Shown: one piece after another, positions 1 through 9,076 of the stretch
How positions within the stretch are numbered: position 1 is the first letter of the stretch
Layout: each line of letters opens with the position of its first letter
Assembly (NCBI GenBank): GCA_018238155.1
Contig: JABCTZ010000003.1
Span: 1 to 64,000 of the forward strand
Origin: Candidatus Heimdallarchaeota archaeon
GTDB lineage: Archaea > Asgardarchaeota > Heimdallarchaeia > JABLTI01
Length of the DNA: 64,000 bases
Reading direction: 5' to 3'
The notes under the pieces: generated by a model
The model's database searches: none
Seen by the model: the letters and a program-made list of their open reading frames with translations, nothing else
What the model was told of the DNA's origin: nothing
Translations under genes and position numbers: made by a program

Positions 1-1
1 C

Positions 2-37
2 CAAAAAATTCTTTCAGAAGGTGAAATCATTGTTTGA
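2..37 (+). CDS. 3' end of a probable MNT antitoxin (truncated by the window edge)
   Basis: The frame from nt 2 reads QKILSEGEIIV*. It resembles the C-terminus of the MNT at 439-750 (NVRKEGIAIE) and overlaps the HEPN start, as in typical MNT-HEPN pairs. Confidence 0.55.
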   Translation, partial: QKILSEGEIIV

Positions 38-401
38 GGATCAAATTGCTCAAGCAGAGGAAAAGCTTCAAGTCGCAAGGCTCCTTTTAAAGGAAGGTTT
101 TTACAATGATGCTGTTAGTCGTGCTTATTATTGCATTTTCTTTGCTGCTTCAGCACTTCTCTCTACCAAAGGTATTTCTGTTAAAACACATAAAGGTCTT
201 CTTTCACAGTTTAGTATAGAATTTGTAAAAACAGGTATAATTGATGATTCTTTTGTGAAAGCTTTTAAAATTGCCAAAGAGTTACGCGAAGAAGCTGACT
301 ATTCCATTATTCGCCAATTATCTCGAGAGGAAGCACTCTCTGTTCTTGCTGATGCTGAAAAGTTTCTTACAAAAACAAAGGAAATCATTAGTGCTATATA
401 A
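21..401 (+). CDS. HEPN domain protein (UPF0332 type), toxin of an MNT-HEPN pair
   Basis: Motifs AVSRAYY..F, KTHKG and LREEADY; 126 aa, helical. Confidence 0.88.
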   Translation: MKSLFEDQIAQAEEKLQVARLLLKEGFYNDAVSRAYYCIFFAASALLSTKGISVKTHKGLLSQFSIEFVKTGIIDDSFVKAFKIAKELREEADYSIIRQLSREEALSVLADAEKFLTKTKEIISAI

Positions 402-438
402 TTAATTAATGACAGCAATATCTTCTTTATTAAAACTC

Positions 439-750
439 TCATTCAATGGCTATGCCTTCTTTTCTTACGTTCAATAGTAATGGGCTGTTCCGTTCTTCGT
501 ATTCTTCTCTAGCTATAGGTACCACTGATATCAACGTGTCATATTTCAAATCTATTTCAGTTATTATATCGATCATTCTATCAATTTCTCGTCCTGGTTG
601 AATATCTCCTTCTAATACTACTAGAAGATCAATATCTGATTCTATTGTTGCTGTTTCTAGTGCCCAAGAACCAAACAAAATTAATTTCACCAACTGGTCT
701 CTATAGCATTCCATAATTTTCTCATGGAATTCCTTAATTGCTGCTTGCAT
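439..750 (-). CDS. Minimal nucleotidyltransferase (MNT)
   Basis: LFGS-x10-DIDLLVV motif; 103 aa. Confidence 0.88.
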   Translation of the reverse strand: MQAAIKEFHEKIMECYRDQLVKLILFGSWALETATIESDIDLLVVLEGDIQPGREIDRMIDIITEIDLKYDTLISVVPIAREEYEERNSPLLLNVRKEGIAIE

Positions 751-865
751 GATTCCTCACAACTTTCCTTAAGTATCTATTTGTGCTTGACTTTAATAAC
801 CTTACTTTAAGAAGTTCACTTTCCAAATTTTATTTCATTCTAATGGAACGAGAAAAAATCAACAT

Positions 866-900
866 GGAGGCTGTGGATTCACATTCCACCAGGTCCACCA
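866..900 (+). pseudogene. Orphan tRNA 3' half (T-arm, acceptor strand, CCA); possible att remnant
   Basis: GTGGA-TTCACAT-TCCAC forms a 5-bp stem with a 7-nt loop, followed by CAGGTCC-A-CCA. No matching 5' half is visible upstream. Confidence 0.6.
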
Positions 901-920
901 ATTTATTTTAAAGTGATTGT

Positions 921-1991
921 TCAGAGTTGTTGTGCTTTTTCCTCACAGGTCTTAGCTTCGGATTTATTACCTATCTCCGTATGGATTTCAGCTAATATCA
1001 CCCAATTCTCTTTATTGCGCGGCTCAAAATTTGTTATTGTCTTCCAGGTATTCAAGGCTAATTTGTAATCTTTCTTATCTTTGTAGTACTGCCCTACTTT
1101 CTTGACATATTTTAGTCCTTCAGCGAGTCGCTTATTTTCGCTATAGTAAGTAAATAATTCCGTTAAGCCAAAGAGATCATCGATTTCTAATACCAACCCA
1201 ATTTCACCTAGCACTTTTGCTTTTTCTCTTTGCCCTATTGTTTCGTACACCAAAACTAGATCAAACCAGAAATTAGGATCTTTTGGATTCTCTTTTCCTC
1301 TCTTTAACTCCTCTAGGATTTTATAATAGGTAGCATACATTATTCTTCGTATTTTATCTGTTTCGGACAAATACATCAACGTATCTCCTGTTTTTCTCTT
1401 AATGTAAATAGGCAATTGGTTTTGTCTCGAGGATTCTGAATAGTAGATGTAATAGTTAGGAAAGAGTAAATTGAAGAAACGAATAACACTGTTGATTATG
1501 TCTTCCACTGATGTTTTTTTGGTTATTTTATAATAGGAGCTAATTTTCTTACCCCAAAACTTGAATGCTTCTTCCCTGAAGTTTGGTTCTTTGTCAAATG
1601 GTCCTAGCCCAATATCGGCTAATATTTCTGTATGCTTGGTTGGGTTATCAATTTGAAGTACTGATAGAATTTTCAAGTAAGTCCTTCTAACATATTTTAC
1701 CATCATTTTTTCTTCTTCGGTAGTAGGTTTTTCACTTGAATCAAGAAAGATATCCAGAATGCCCTCATCTGTATTGTCGTATTTAATAACGTTAAAACTA
1801 TTTTCGCCTTTATCCGGATTATAAGTAGTAATTCTATAGTCAGGAAATTCCTCTTCAAAAAACCGGGCAACTTGGTAGACGATATCTTCTAGCGATTTAG
1901 ATTTAGCAATTTTACTCGAGGTAATAACTCGAGTTGCCCACTCAGTCATCAATTCATCACTAGGTTCAGGTATACCGGAAGTTTGATTCAT
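921..1991 (-). CDS. Protein with two tandem N-terminal repeats and C-terminal TPRs
   Basis: Duplicated W..K....EDI...V.RFF...FP.Y.I...TY.KIL unit; TPR signatures such as DPNFWFDL and EPRNKENWVILA. Confidence 0.75.
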   Translation of the reverse strand: MNQTSGIPEPSDELMTEWATRVITSSKIAKSKSLEDIVYQVARFFEEEFPDYRITTYNPDKGENSFNVIKYDNTDEGILDIFLDSSEKPTTEEEKMMVKYVRRTYLKILSVLQIDNPTKHTEILADIGLGPFDKEPNFREEAFKFWGKKISSYYKITKKTSVEDIINSVIRFFNLLFPNYYIYYSESSRQNQLPIYIKRKTGDTLMYLSETDKIRRIMYATYYKILEELKRGKENPKDPNFWFDLVLVYETIGQREKAKVLGEIGLVLEIDDLFGLTELFTYYSENKRLAEGLKYVKKVGQYYKDKKDYKLALNTWKTITNFEPRNKENWVILAEIHTEIGNKSEAKTCEEKAQQL

Positions 1992-2168
1992 CTTTTACAC
2001 TTCACTCATCGAGGTTAATGTTTCCTTTAAAATTAAATCTTTCTTCAAAATCATAGCAAAAACATTCCTATAGTTCATTTTTTGCTCTGAATAACTTTTT
2101 TATTCAACGAAAACCTTTGATAAACAGTTCACAAGTGATATTTGCCGTTAAAATTAGGGTGAAAGAAT

Positions 2169-5100
2169 TTGAAAAATACAAAAAAATTATCTTTATTAGT
2201 CATTTTAGTTATTTTTTGCTCAGTTTTTGTTTCATTAAAATTGACAGAAGATGAATCAATAACTGTGGTTGAAAATATTCCTTTGGTTGCAAAAGCTCTC
2301 CCTCCTCCTCAAGAGGACATTCTAGACATTGCATCCTTTGGAACAAATACTGCTGAGCTAGGTCAATGTGATTTGAATTATGGTGAAGCACGAAAAGTAC
2401 AGATCGTGGGTACACTAGCTTATGTTGCCAGCTATTTAGGTGGTTTAGTAATACTCGATATATCAACACCGAGTACTCCTACAATTCTTGGTAATTATGA
2501 AAATGAAGAACGAGCTTATGACGTCGAAGTTGTTGGCGATATAGCTTACGTAGCGTTTGATAATGAAGGAACAGTTATACTAAATGTCTCTGATCCAACG
2601 AATATCCAGTTACTTGATAAATATCTTGATACACATGATCATTGGGCTATTGATATTGTAGGTGATCTAGGTTATGCTGCAGCATATTCTCAAGGTTGTG
2701 ATATCTTCAACGTTTCCGACCCCACAAATCCAACTTTTGTTTCGAATTACCAGAATGGATCAAGCTATGTCCAAGGGGTTGATGTTTATGGAGATTTAGC
2801 CTTTGTTGGTCATTCTGGCTTTTTTGATATTGTAAATATCTCCAACCCAGCAAGTCCGACATTTATCTCCTCATTTGTAGATAGTGGTACTTTCAAACAC
2901 TTTTTGTTTGATGATGATATTTGTTATGGTAGTAGTGATTATCAAGGGGTATACATTGTAAATATATCTGATGTAGAGAACCCACAATTAGAATATCAAT
3001 TTAACGTTGATAATACCTATGCTCAGATGACAGAGAAGATAGGGGATATACTTTACATAGCAGATATGGCTACAGCCATGCGAATTCTAGATGTGTCGGA
3101 TGTAACAGCACCAATTGAATTAAGTCGTTTTGATTCCTATGGAACAAATTGGGGTTTAACGATAGATGGAACGAATGCTTTTCTTGCAGATGGATCCAAT
3201 GGTTTAGTTGTTGTAGATATCACTTCGACAAGTAATCCAACTTATACTTCCAATATCGATTTTTACGGCGAAGGACAAGACGTTGAGGTGAAGGATGGAA
3301 TAGCCTATCTGGCGAATGCTCGCGAAGGATTGACAATTATTAATGTAACTAATCCAATGAACCCAACCTATCTTGGCAATATATCAATAAAGAATGGAAT
3401 GTCAAGTAGCATTGACATACAAGGAAACTTCGTTTATTTAGGTGGAATGAATTTCGGATTTGCTATTATCAATATAACGGACCCAAATAATCCTGTACTA
3501 ATGAGCACAAAAATACAAGGGCAACAAATAGGCGATATAGAAGTACAAGGAAACTACGCTTATTGTGCCACGGGTGCAGGAGGATTGCAGATATTTGATA
3601 TTTCTAACCCTTCAAATCCAACATTTACAGGCAGTTATAATGATAATGGTGGTGATGGCGGGGCTGCGTTAGGTCTTACAGTAAATGGCAGCATGGTATT
3701 TATAGGAGACAGATATGCCGGGATAGAAATCATAAATGTGACCATTCCTAGTTCACCTACGGAATATATTCAACATGACGTAGATTCTCATCAATACTAT
3801 GACATAGAAATTTATGGTTCTTTGATTATCGCCTCGAAATATTATATGGGTATAGAAGTATTCAATGGAACTGATTTAAGTGCCATAGTATCATTAGACA
3901 CATTTGATGATGGGGGAAATGCCTATGCCACTCACATAGTAGATGATTTAATCTACATTGCAGATGAAAGCGGTGGCTTGGACATAGTCAATATGAGTGA
4001 TCCTGCAAATCTGGTAAAAATCGCAGGATATGATGACGGGGAATTTGCCTATGGAGTCTTCGCTGAAGATCAAATTGCTTATGTTGCAGATCGGATGGAT
4101 GGCTTAGAAATAATTGCCTACGACCCAGATTATGATTATCTATCAGAATATTTGGAAGATAATGTTTACTCTACAGATATAGCAGATAGTGATTCTGATG
4201 ATGATGGCTTGCTAGACGGAGAAGAAGTCTACTTGTATAAAACAGATCCCAACGATGACGATACCGATGATGACGGTTTGAATGATGGAGACGAAGTAAA
4301 TGTTTACTTTACTGATCCACTCGTTTCAGATGCTGCTCTTGACAGCGACGGAGATGGTTTAACGAATGTGGCAGAAGTGGATACTCATCTCACAGATCCC
4401 AATGACCCTGATTCGGATGACGATGGACTGGATGATCAAGAAGAAGTTAATGCTGGAGTAGACGGTTTTATCACTGATCCCAATGATCCCGATAGCGATG
4501 ACGATGGCCTTGATGACTTCAATGAATATTTAGAAAGCTGCGATCCCCATGATACTGATACTGATGACGATACTCTTACTGATGGTGATGAGCGCTATAT
4601 CTATCATACTGATCCTGATGAAGCCGATACCGATTTTGATGGTCTCAACGATTGGGAAGAATTAAACACTGGTATAGATGGATATGTGACTGACCCATTT
4701 ATAGCTGATATGGATAGTGACGGTCTTTCAGATTATGAGGAGTACCTCGAAGGAACCAATCCTGCAAGCTCAGATAGCGATTGGGATGGCATTAGCGATG
4801 GCGATGAAGTGAATACCCATAATTCAGATCCCTTGGACAACGATACCGATAACGATGGTCTCGAAGACGGTGATGAGCTCACTGAAGGAACCGATATTTT
4901 GTATGATGACTCTGATAACGATGGCTTGTTAGATGGCGCTGAAGTGAACACCCATCTCACTGATCCTAACGATGCTGATAGTGATTCTGATGGTTTAACC
5001 GATGGCGCTGAAATCAATACTCATCTCACCGATCCTCTTGATGATGACTCCGATGATGATTCCATACTAGACGGAGAGGAAGTTGTTTCTGGCTCTGATG

Positions 5101-5354
5101 GTTTTATTACCGACCCTAATGATGCTGATACAGATGAAGATGGCTTTGAAGATGCTGATGAAATTTCTGCGGGAACAGACCCCACTGATCCTGATGATTA
5201 TCCCACTTCACCCTCACCAACTCCTCCCACTCCTACACCAACCCCTACTTCTACAACAGAAGCTAGTGGTTTTGAGAATGGACTTATTTTTGCTTTCTCT
5301 GTAATTACCTTACTAGCTTTCTCTGTTTGGTTTACAAAGCATCGAAAAATCTAA
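2169..5354 (+). CDS. Cell-surface LVIVD-repeat beta-propeller protein with Ca-binding DxDxDG repeats and a C-terminal membrane anchor
   Basis: Signal peptide; many GL.I.DIS.P.NP repeats; about 15 TDP..DxDxDGL.D.EE repeats; P/T linker; SGF + TM + basic tail. Confidence 0.9.
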   Translation: MKNTKKLSLLVILVIFCSVFVSLKLTEDESITVVENIPLVAKALPPPQEDILDIASFGTNTAELGQCDLNYGEARKVQIVGTLAYVASYLGGLVILDISTPSTPTILGNYENEERAYDVEVVGDIAYVAFDNEGTVILNVSDPTNIQLLDKYLDTHDHWAIDIVGDLGYAAAYSQGCDIFNVSDPTNPTFVSNYQNGSSYVQGVDVYGDLAFVGHSGFFDIVNISNPASPTFISSFVDSGTFKHFLFDDDICYGSSDYQGVYIVNISDVENPQLEYQFNVDNTYAQMTEKIGDILYIADMATAMRILDVSDVTAPIELSRFDSYGTNWGLTIDGTNAFLADGSNGLVVVDITSTSNPTYTSNIDFYGEGQDVEVKDGIAYLANAREGLTIINVTNPMNPTYLGNISIKNGMSSSIDIQGNFVYLGGMNFGFAIINITDPNNPVLMSTKIQGQQIGDIEVQGNYAYCATGAGGLQIFDISNPSNPTFTGSYNDNGGDGGAALGLTVNGSMVFIGDRYAGIEIINVTIPSSPTEYIQHDVDSHQYYDIEIYGSLIIASKYYMGIEVFNGTDLSAIVSLDTFDDGGNAYATHIVDDLIYIADESGGLDIVNMSDPANLVKIAGYDDGEFAYGVFAEDQIAYVADRMDGLEIIAYDPDYDYLSEYLEDNVYSTDIADSDSDDDGLLDGEEVYLYKTDPNDDDTDDDGLNDGDEVNVYFTDPLVSDAALDSDGDGLTNVAEVDTHLTDPNDPDSDDDGLDDQEEVNAGVDGFITDPNDPDSDDDGLDDFNEYLESCDPHDTDTDDDTLTDGDERYIYHTDPDEADTDFDGLNDWEELNTGIDGYVTDPFIADMDSDGLSDYEEYLEGTNPASSDSDWDGISDGDEVNTHNSDPLDNDTDNDGLEDGDELTEGTDILYDDSDNDGLLDGAEVNTHLTDPNDADSDSDGLTDGAEINTHLTDPLDDDSDDDSILDGEEVVSGSDGFITDPNDADTDEDGFEDADEISAGTDPTDPDDYPTSPSPTPPTPTPTPTSTTEASGFENGLIFAFSVITLLAFSVWFTKHRKI
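4120..5200 (+). repeat. Intragenic tandem DxDxDG (TSP3-like) repeats, period about 21-27 codons
   Basis: For example, near-identical gatggcgctgaa..aa.ac.catctcac.gatcct units about 69 nt apart near 4932 and 5001. Confidence 0.85.
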
Positions 5355-5369
5355 TGTGTTATCAAATAG

Positions 5370-5410
5370 AAGAAGGATGTTCACCTTCTTTATTTCTTAT
5401 TTTTTCATTT
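5370..5410 (+). terminator. Hairpin plus T-rich terminator
   Basis: aagaagg-N7-ccttctt followed by T-rich sequence, just after the stop codon. Confidence 0.5.
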
Positions 5411-5501
5411 CAAAAAAATACTCATCTGAATTATTGATTATTATAGTTATTATTTCCTGTTTTTTGGCGAGAAGATACTTTCTTCACTATCATCCATTTT
5501 T

Positions 5502-6341
5502 TTAGTGTTCACTCTCACTTTCCACTTGAGTTTTTATCCATTTATTTCTAATCCTCTGCTTAAATCTTTCAGGTAAAATCCATCCTATATAACTTAAAAC
5601 AATACTGATCATGAAAGCAGCTGATTTCATTATGTATACTATGATAATAGGAATTGGACCTATTCCTTCTATAGTAAATACTACTGTCAAGGATACTGTG
5701 ATAAAGAGAAAAATGACTGCTATGAGAATAAATTGCATTCCCTTTCTTCGAATTGGATCTTTTGTTTTGTGTTTCATTAAATTAATTATCATACCAATAA
5801 TAATTCTTAGTTGGACTAGTACAAGCATGATTACATACAATATTAATGAAATTACTAGTGTTGGTTGATATTGCAGCAATTCTGTTCCTGATTCAATTGA
5901 AATCTGAACAAAGATTAAATCAGGTTCTAAAACCCCTGTCATCATCTCGTACCCCAAAACTCCAACAATTGCTCCTGGAATTCCTAATATAATTATACTG
6001 AAAAGTGAGCGTAAAACATCTCCATCATTTAAGATATGTCTACTGGCAAAAATGTATAAGAAATAGAATATTAGAACCGAGCTGATAACATATATTAGAA
6101 GAGTTATTGCATGCCCCTCTGATAGTGGGTTTATTTTTCCTAAAACATTATACACAATAGAATTAATTTGGAATACCGCAACACATCCATAAACAAACGC
6201 CAGAAGGGCAGTTCCACCTGTTTTCCTTTTTAATGAATTTATGATCATTATAACACAGAAAACTGATGCTCCAATTGCAGTTAGACCATAAAGGATCACT
6301 ACAAACCAAACTAATGTTCCAAGAGCCATGTAATAATTCAA
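5502..6341 (-). CDS. Stand-alone seven-transmembrane protein (HisKA_7TM-like topology)
   Basis: Seven hydrophobic segments, a basic loop before TM6, and a WILP+basic C-terminal tail. Confidence 0.65.
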   Translation of the reverse strand: MNYYMALGTLVWFVVILYGLTAIGASVFCVIMIINSLKRKTGGTALLAFVYGCVAVFQINSIVYNVLGKINPLSEGHAITLLIYVISSVLIFYFLYIFASRHILNDGDVLRSLFSIIILGIPGAIVGVLGYEMMTGVLEPDLIFVQISIESGTELLQYQPTLVISLILYVIMLVLVQLRIIIGMIINLMKHKTKDPIRRKGMQFILIAVIFLFITVSLTVVFTIEGIGPIPIIIVYIMKSAAFMISIVLSYIGWILPERFKQRIRNKWIKTQVESESEH

Positions 6342-6442
6342 CCTTAGTGTATAGTACTAAATCTGTTTTCTTATCTTTAAGACTTTTGAAAAAAACAGAT
6401 ACACATCATTTCTATGAAAGATCTAATTGAGTTAGTTCTTAT

Positions 6443-6928
6443 TTAGCTCCAAACATCATCACCAAAAGAATCAAAAGAGTTTTTCTCATCCTCTCTTTGA
6501 TTAAGATGGTATATCAAAGTCATTTCAGCATTGATCTTAATTTTATATTTTCTATTAACTATTCCATCATATAACTTTGGCAGAATTTTTGATATCAAAT
6601 CAATGGTAAGCAGGTTTTTATTTTTCAATTCATCTATTGTATAAGAAAATAGGTTCTCGAGGAATTGTGGTTTGTAATCTGCTGATGCAAAGACTGCTGT
6701 TAATGCTGCTATGTTATTTCTGGGTTTTTTAGGTATAATAAAAATAAAAGTAGAAATAATTCTCTTTTCCACCGTTAATGTAATGAAATCTCTATCTTCT
6801 GCTCCAAGCGGCATACATTTGAAAACTATTTTATTGAGTTCTTTTTTTGAAAGGCTCTCAGGATACGCACTAACTAATTCCAACCCACTTTTCCCCATGT
6901 GAATTAGAATCAAGCTTACTGGTATCAT
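6443..6928 (-). CDS. uDENN/longin-like domain protein
   Basis: Two N-terminal beta-strands, then YP, helix, FKCMPLG...F, matching the uDENN YP...FCFP.G pattern. Confidence 0.55.
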   Translation of the reverse strand: MIPVSLILIHMGKSGLELVSAYPESLSKKELNKIVFKCMPLGAEDRDFITLTVEKRIISTFIFIIPKKPRNNIAALTAVFASADYKPQFLENLFSYTIDELKNKNLLTIDLISKILPKLYDGIVNRKYKIKINAEMTLIYHLNQREDEKNSFDSFGDDVWS

Positions 6929-7159
6929 AGTTTATCCGTCCATTAATTCAGTTTCAAATAATTTAAAACATATTTCTATGTTTGGTATTTTCTTAATATC
7001 GCGTAAATACATGAGTGCTTTTCATTCTTTGTCCATTCGTAACTATGGTATTCTTTTCATCTATCACTATAATATTCAATTTCATCTATTTTAAATCTTC
7101 GAGTGAAAGTGTTTTCATGCAATCAAATTATTTTGCTTAAGACTTGATACAATAGAGGA

Positions 7160-8056
7160 TCATTCTATCCATTGCACTCTCAATTTTCTTCTTGGTGGGG
7201 CTCTTCGATATTCCACTGCAGGATTTCCTATTGTAATTACACCCAAAACATCGAAACCCTTTGGAATTTTGTAGCGCTTTTTCAGTTTACGACTACCATT
7301 CAACTTTCTTTGAGCGAACCCTATCCAACAAGATCCCAAACCTAATGCTTGTGCTGCAAGCATACCATGTGTTAAAGCTACACCAGCATCATTTGCTGCG
7401 AGATTTTTAGTATATTTCCGAGCATAAAGAATGATGACACATGGCGCATTAAAGAAAATAATATCCTCTCCTTCTTCCATTCTTTTCAATCCGCTATCTA
7501 ACTGAATTTTTGTGCTTGGATTTAAAACTCTCTTTCGTTCTCCTGCTGAGAGGAAAGGTACAACCAGAAATCTTAATGGTAATAATTTTCTAGCTACTCG
7601 GAAAAAACTCGAGCTTTCTTTTGATAGATATTTTATCTCTTGCTTATCTGTTATTACCGTATATCGCCAATTTTGTCTATTACTTGCTGAAGGGGCATAT
7701 CTCATTGCTTCCAATATTGCATCTATTTTATCTCTAGGGATATTTTCTTTTTTGTATACCCTCATTGAGCGTCTCATGCGTAAAATTTTCAGTAAATTTT
7801 CATATGAAACGATTTTATCCAGTTTCATTTCTTTGCCAATATTAAACGGTTGATCTGCATCACTGTATTTTATCGCCTCAGTAGGACAAATTGCTATACA
7901 GTGTCCGCATCGTACACAAAGACCAAAAGGGTTAGCAAACTTAGCAGTAATTTTATTGTTATCCCTTTTCGATTCAATATATAGTTTGCTTGGGCAGACT
8001 TTAATGCATCTTAGGCAATCAGTGCATTTTCCATAATCAATATCAATAATTTTCAA
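7160..8056 (-). CDS. Nitroreductase with N-terminal 2x[4Fe-4S] ferredoxin domain
   Basis: Two CxxCxxCxxxCP motifs; RRSMR, APSASNRQ and GLGSCWIG motifs. Confidence 0.93.
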   Translation of the reverse strand: MKIIDIDYGKCTDCLRCIKVCPSKLYIESKRDNNKITAKFANPFGLCVRCGHCIAICPTEAIKYSDADQPFNIGKEMKLDKIVSYENLLKILRMRRSMRVYKKENIPRDKIDAILEAMRYAPSASNRQNWRYTVITDKQEIKYLSKESSSFFRVARKLLPLRFLVVPFLSAGERKRVLNPSTKIQLDSGLKRMEEGEDIIFFNAPCVIILYARKYTKNLAANDAGVALTHGMLAAQALGLGSCWIGFAQRKLNGSRKLKKRYKIPKGFDVLGVITIGNPAVEYRRAPPRRKLRVQWIE

Positions 8057-8154
8057 AGCAATCTAGTAATTGATGTTTCATCTCTTAAAAAATTCTTCTC
8101 TTACTAGTCTTAGATTGGTTTGAAAGAAGATATACTTTTAGAATAAAAACTGAT

Positions 8155-8232
8155 TGGTGCACCGACCGGGATTTGAACCCGGGTACCCAGCTTGGAAGGC
8201 TGGAGTCCTAGACCAGTCTAGACCATCAGTGC
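8155..8232 (-). tRNA. tRNA-Gly(TCC)
   Basis: Reverse complement GCACTGATGGTCTAG...CCAGC-CTTCCAA-GCTGG...GGTTCAAATCC...GTGCACCA; intronless; CCA encoded. Confidence 0.96.
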
Positions 8233-8549
8233 AAATTATTATTATCATTCATTGATTTTTAGCTTTTATTTTAAAACCCTTTCGGTTACGATACTATTTC
8301 TTTGACGATTGAAAAGCCATTAATTAATTTTTGGTGTCAGAAATAGTATTTCATTCAACCAGTCTAATGAAAAAACAATATTCAGCAAATAATTTTCTCG
8401 CATGAAACTAATCTAAAAGAGGAATTAATCTTTGAACAGTCACTTCATCTATAAGATTGCTATTGTAACTTATCAAGATTATTTGTGGAGTCATGGGTTA
8501 AATAGCATTGGATCTGTGCGTCAATTGAGAAACTCTTGCATAGCAATTC

Positions 8550-8890
8550 TCCTATCATCTTGTTCTTTCTATAATTATTTAATGCCCCTTTGTTTAGTCG
8601 TACGGAAGATTAACTCTTATCTCATGTGATTGTGGACTAGTAATAGATCGAGATACAAGCAGTTCAGGAACACAAATGCAGCGCTTCCTTGCTCTGCTAG
8701 CACTATCACAGAAACGCCTTGTGATCAGGCAACAATTCTTGAAATCTTTTCGAGAGAAGCTTTTTGCGACACAATACTGGAATAATTCGGCAGACAGCCA
8801 AACGTCAAACGAAAGTTCCTCCTTTACCGGAGTTGGGCGGACTCGCAGCGAATCAAACGTTAACAAAAACTCTTTTAGAGGTCGTTAACC
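8550..8890 (+). mobile_element. tnpB: Decayed IS200/IS605 tnpB 3' remnant
   Basis: The frame of ORF 8676 extends upstream as SCDCGLVIDRDTSS.GTQMQRFLA (TnpB zinc finger and DRD.NAA.NI RuvC-III pattern). It has an in-frame stop at 8595 and a degenerate first CxxC (SCSFYNY) in another frame. Confidence 0.6.
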
Positions 8891-9076
8891 AAGATAGACC
8901 ATTCGGAGTTGTTTTTTTTAATATTTAATTGCTCTGTTTTCTTCCTTTTCAAGACCAATCTGCTGATAATTTTGCTAGACTCCCCGAATATTTTTTTCAC
9001 ATTATACTTAAATGAAATTGACTATAGTATACTTGTATATTATTGTGAGATATAGTATTATAATGGAGTATTAAAA

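Noticed and set aside
4120-5200. Periodic repeats as a CRISPR array
   Set aside because: They are degenerate at third codon positions and encode DxDxDG protein repeats. No array or cas gene is seen in the window.
5502-6341. Microbial rhodopsin
   Set aside because: A TM7 Lys is present, but there is no DxxxK/SxxxK context and no RY.DW/RW.EY motif in TM3.
8432-8888. ORFs 8432-8629, 8594-8866 and 8676-8888 as independent genes; the region as RNase P or SRP RNA
   Set aside because: They are better explained as tnpB debris. The GGAGGAAC/GTCCGCCCA fragments on the minus strand are not in RNase P order, and no P4 partner strand was seen.
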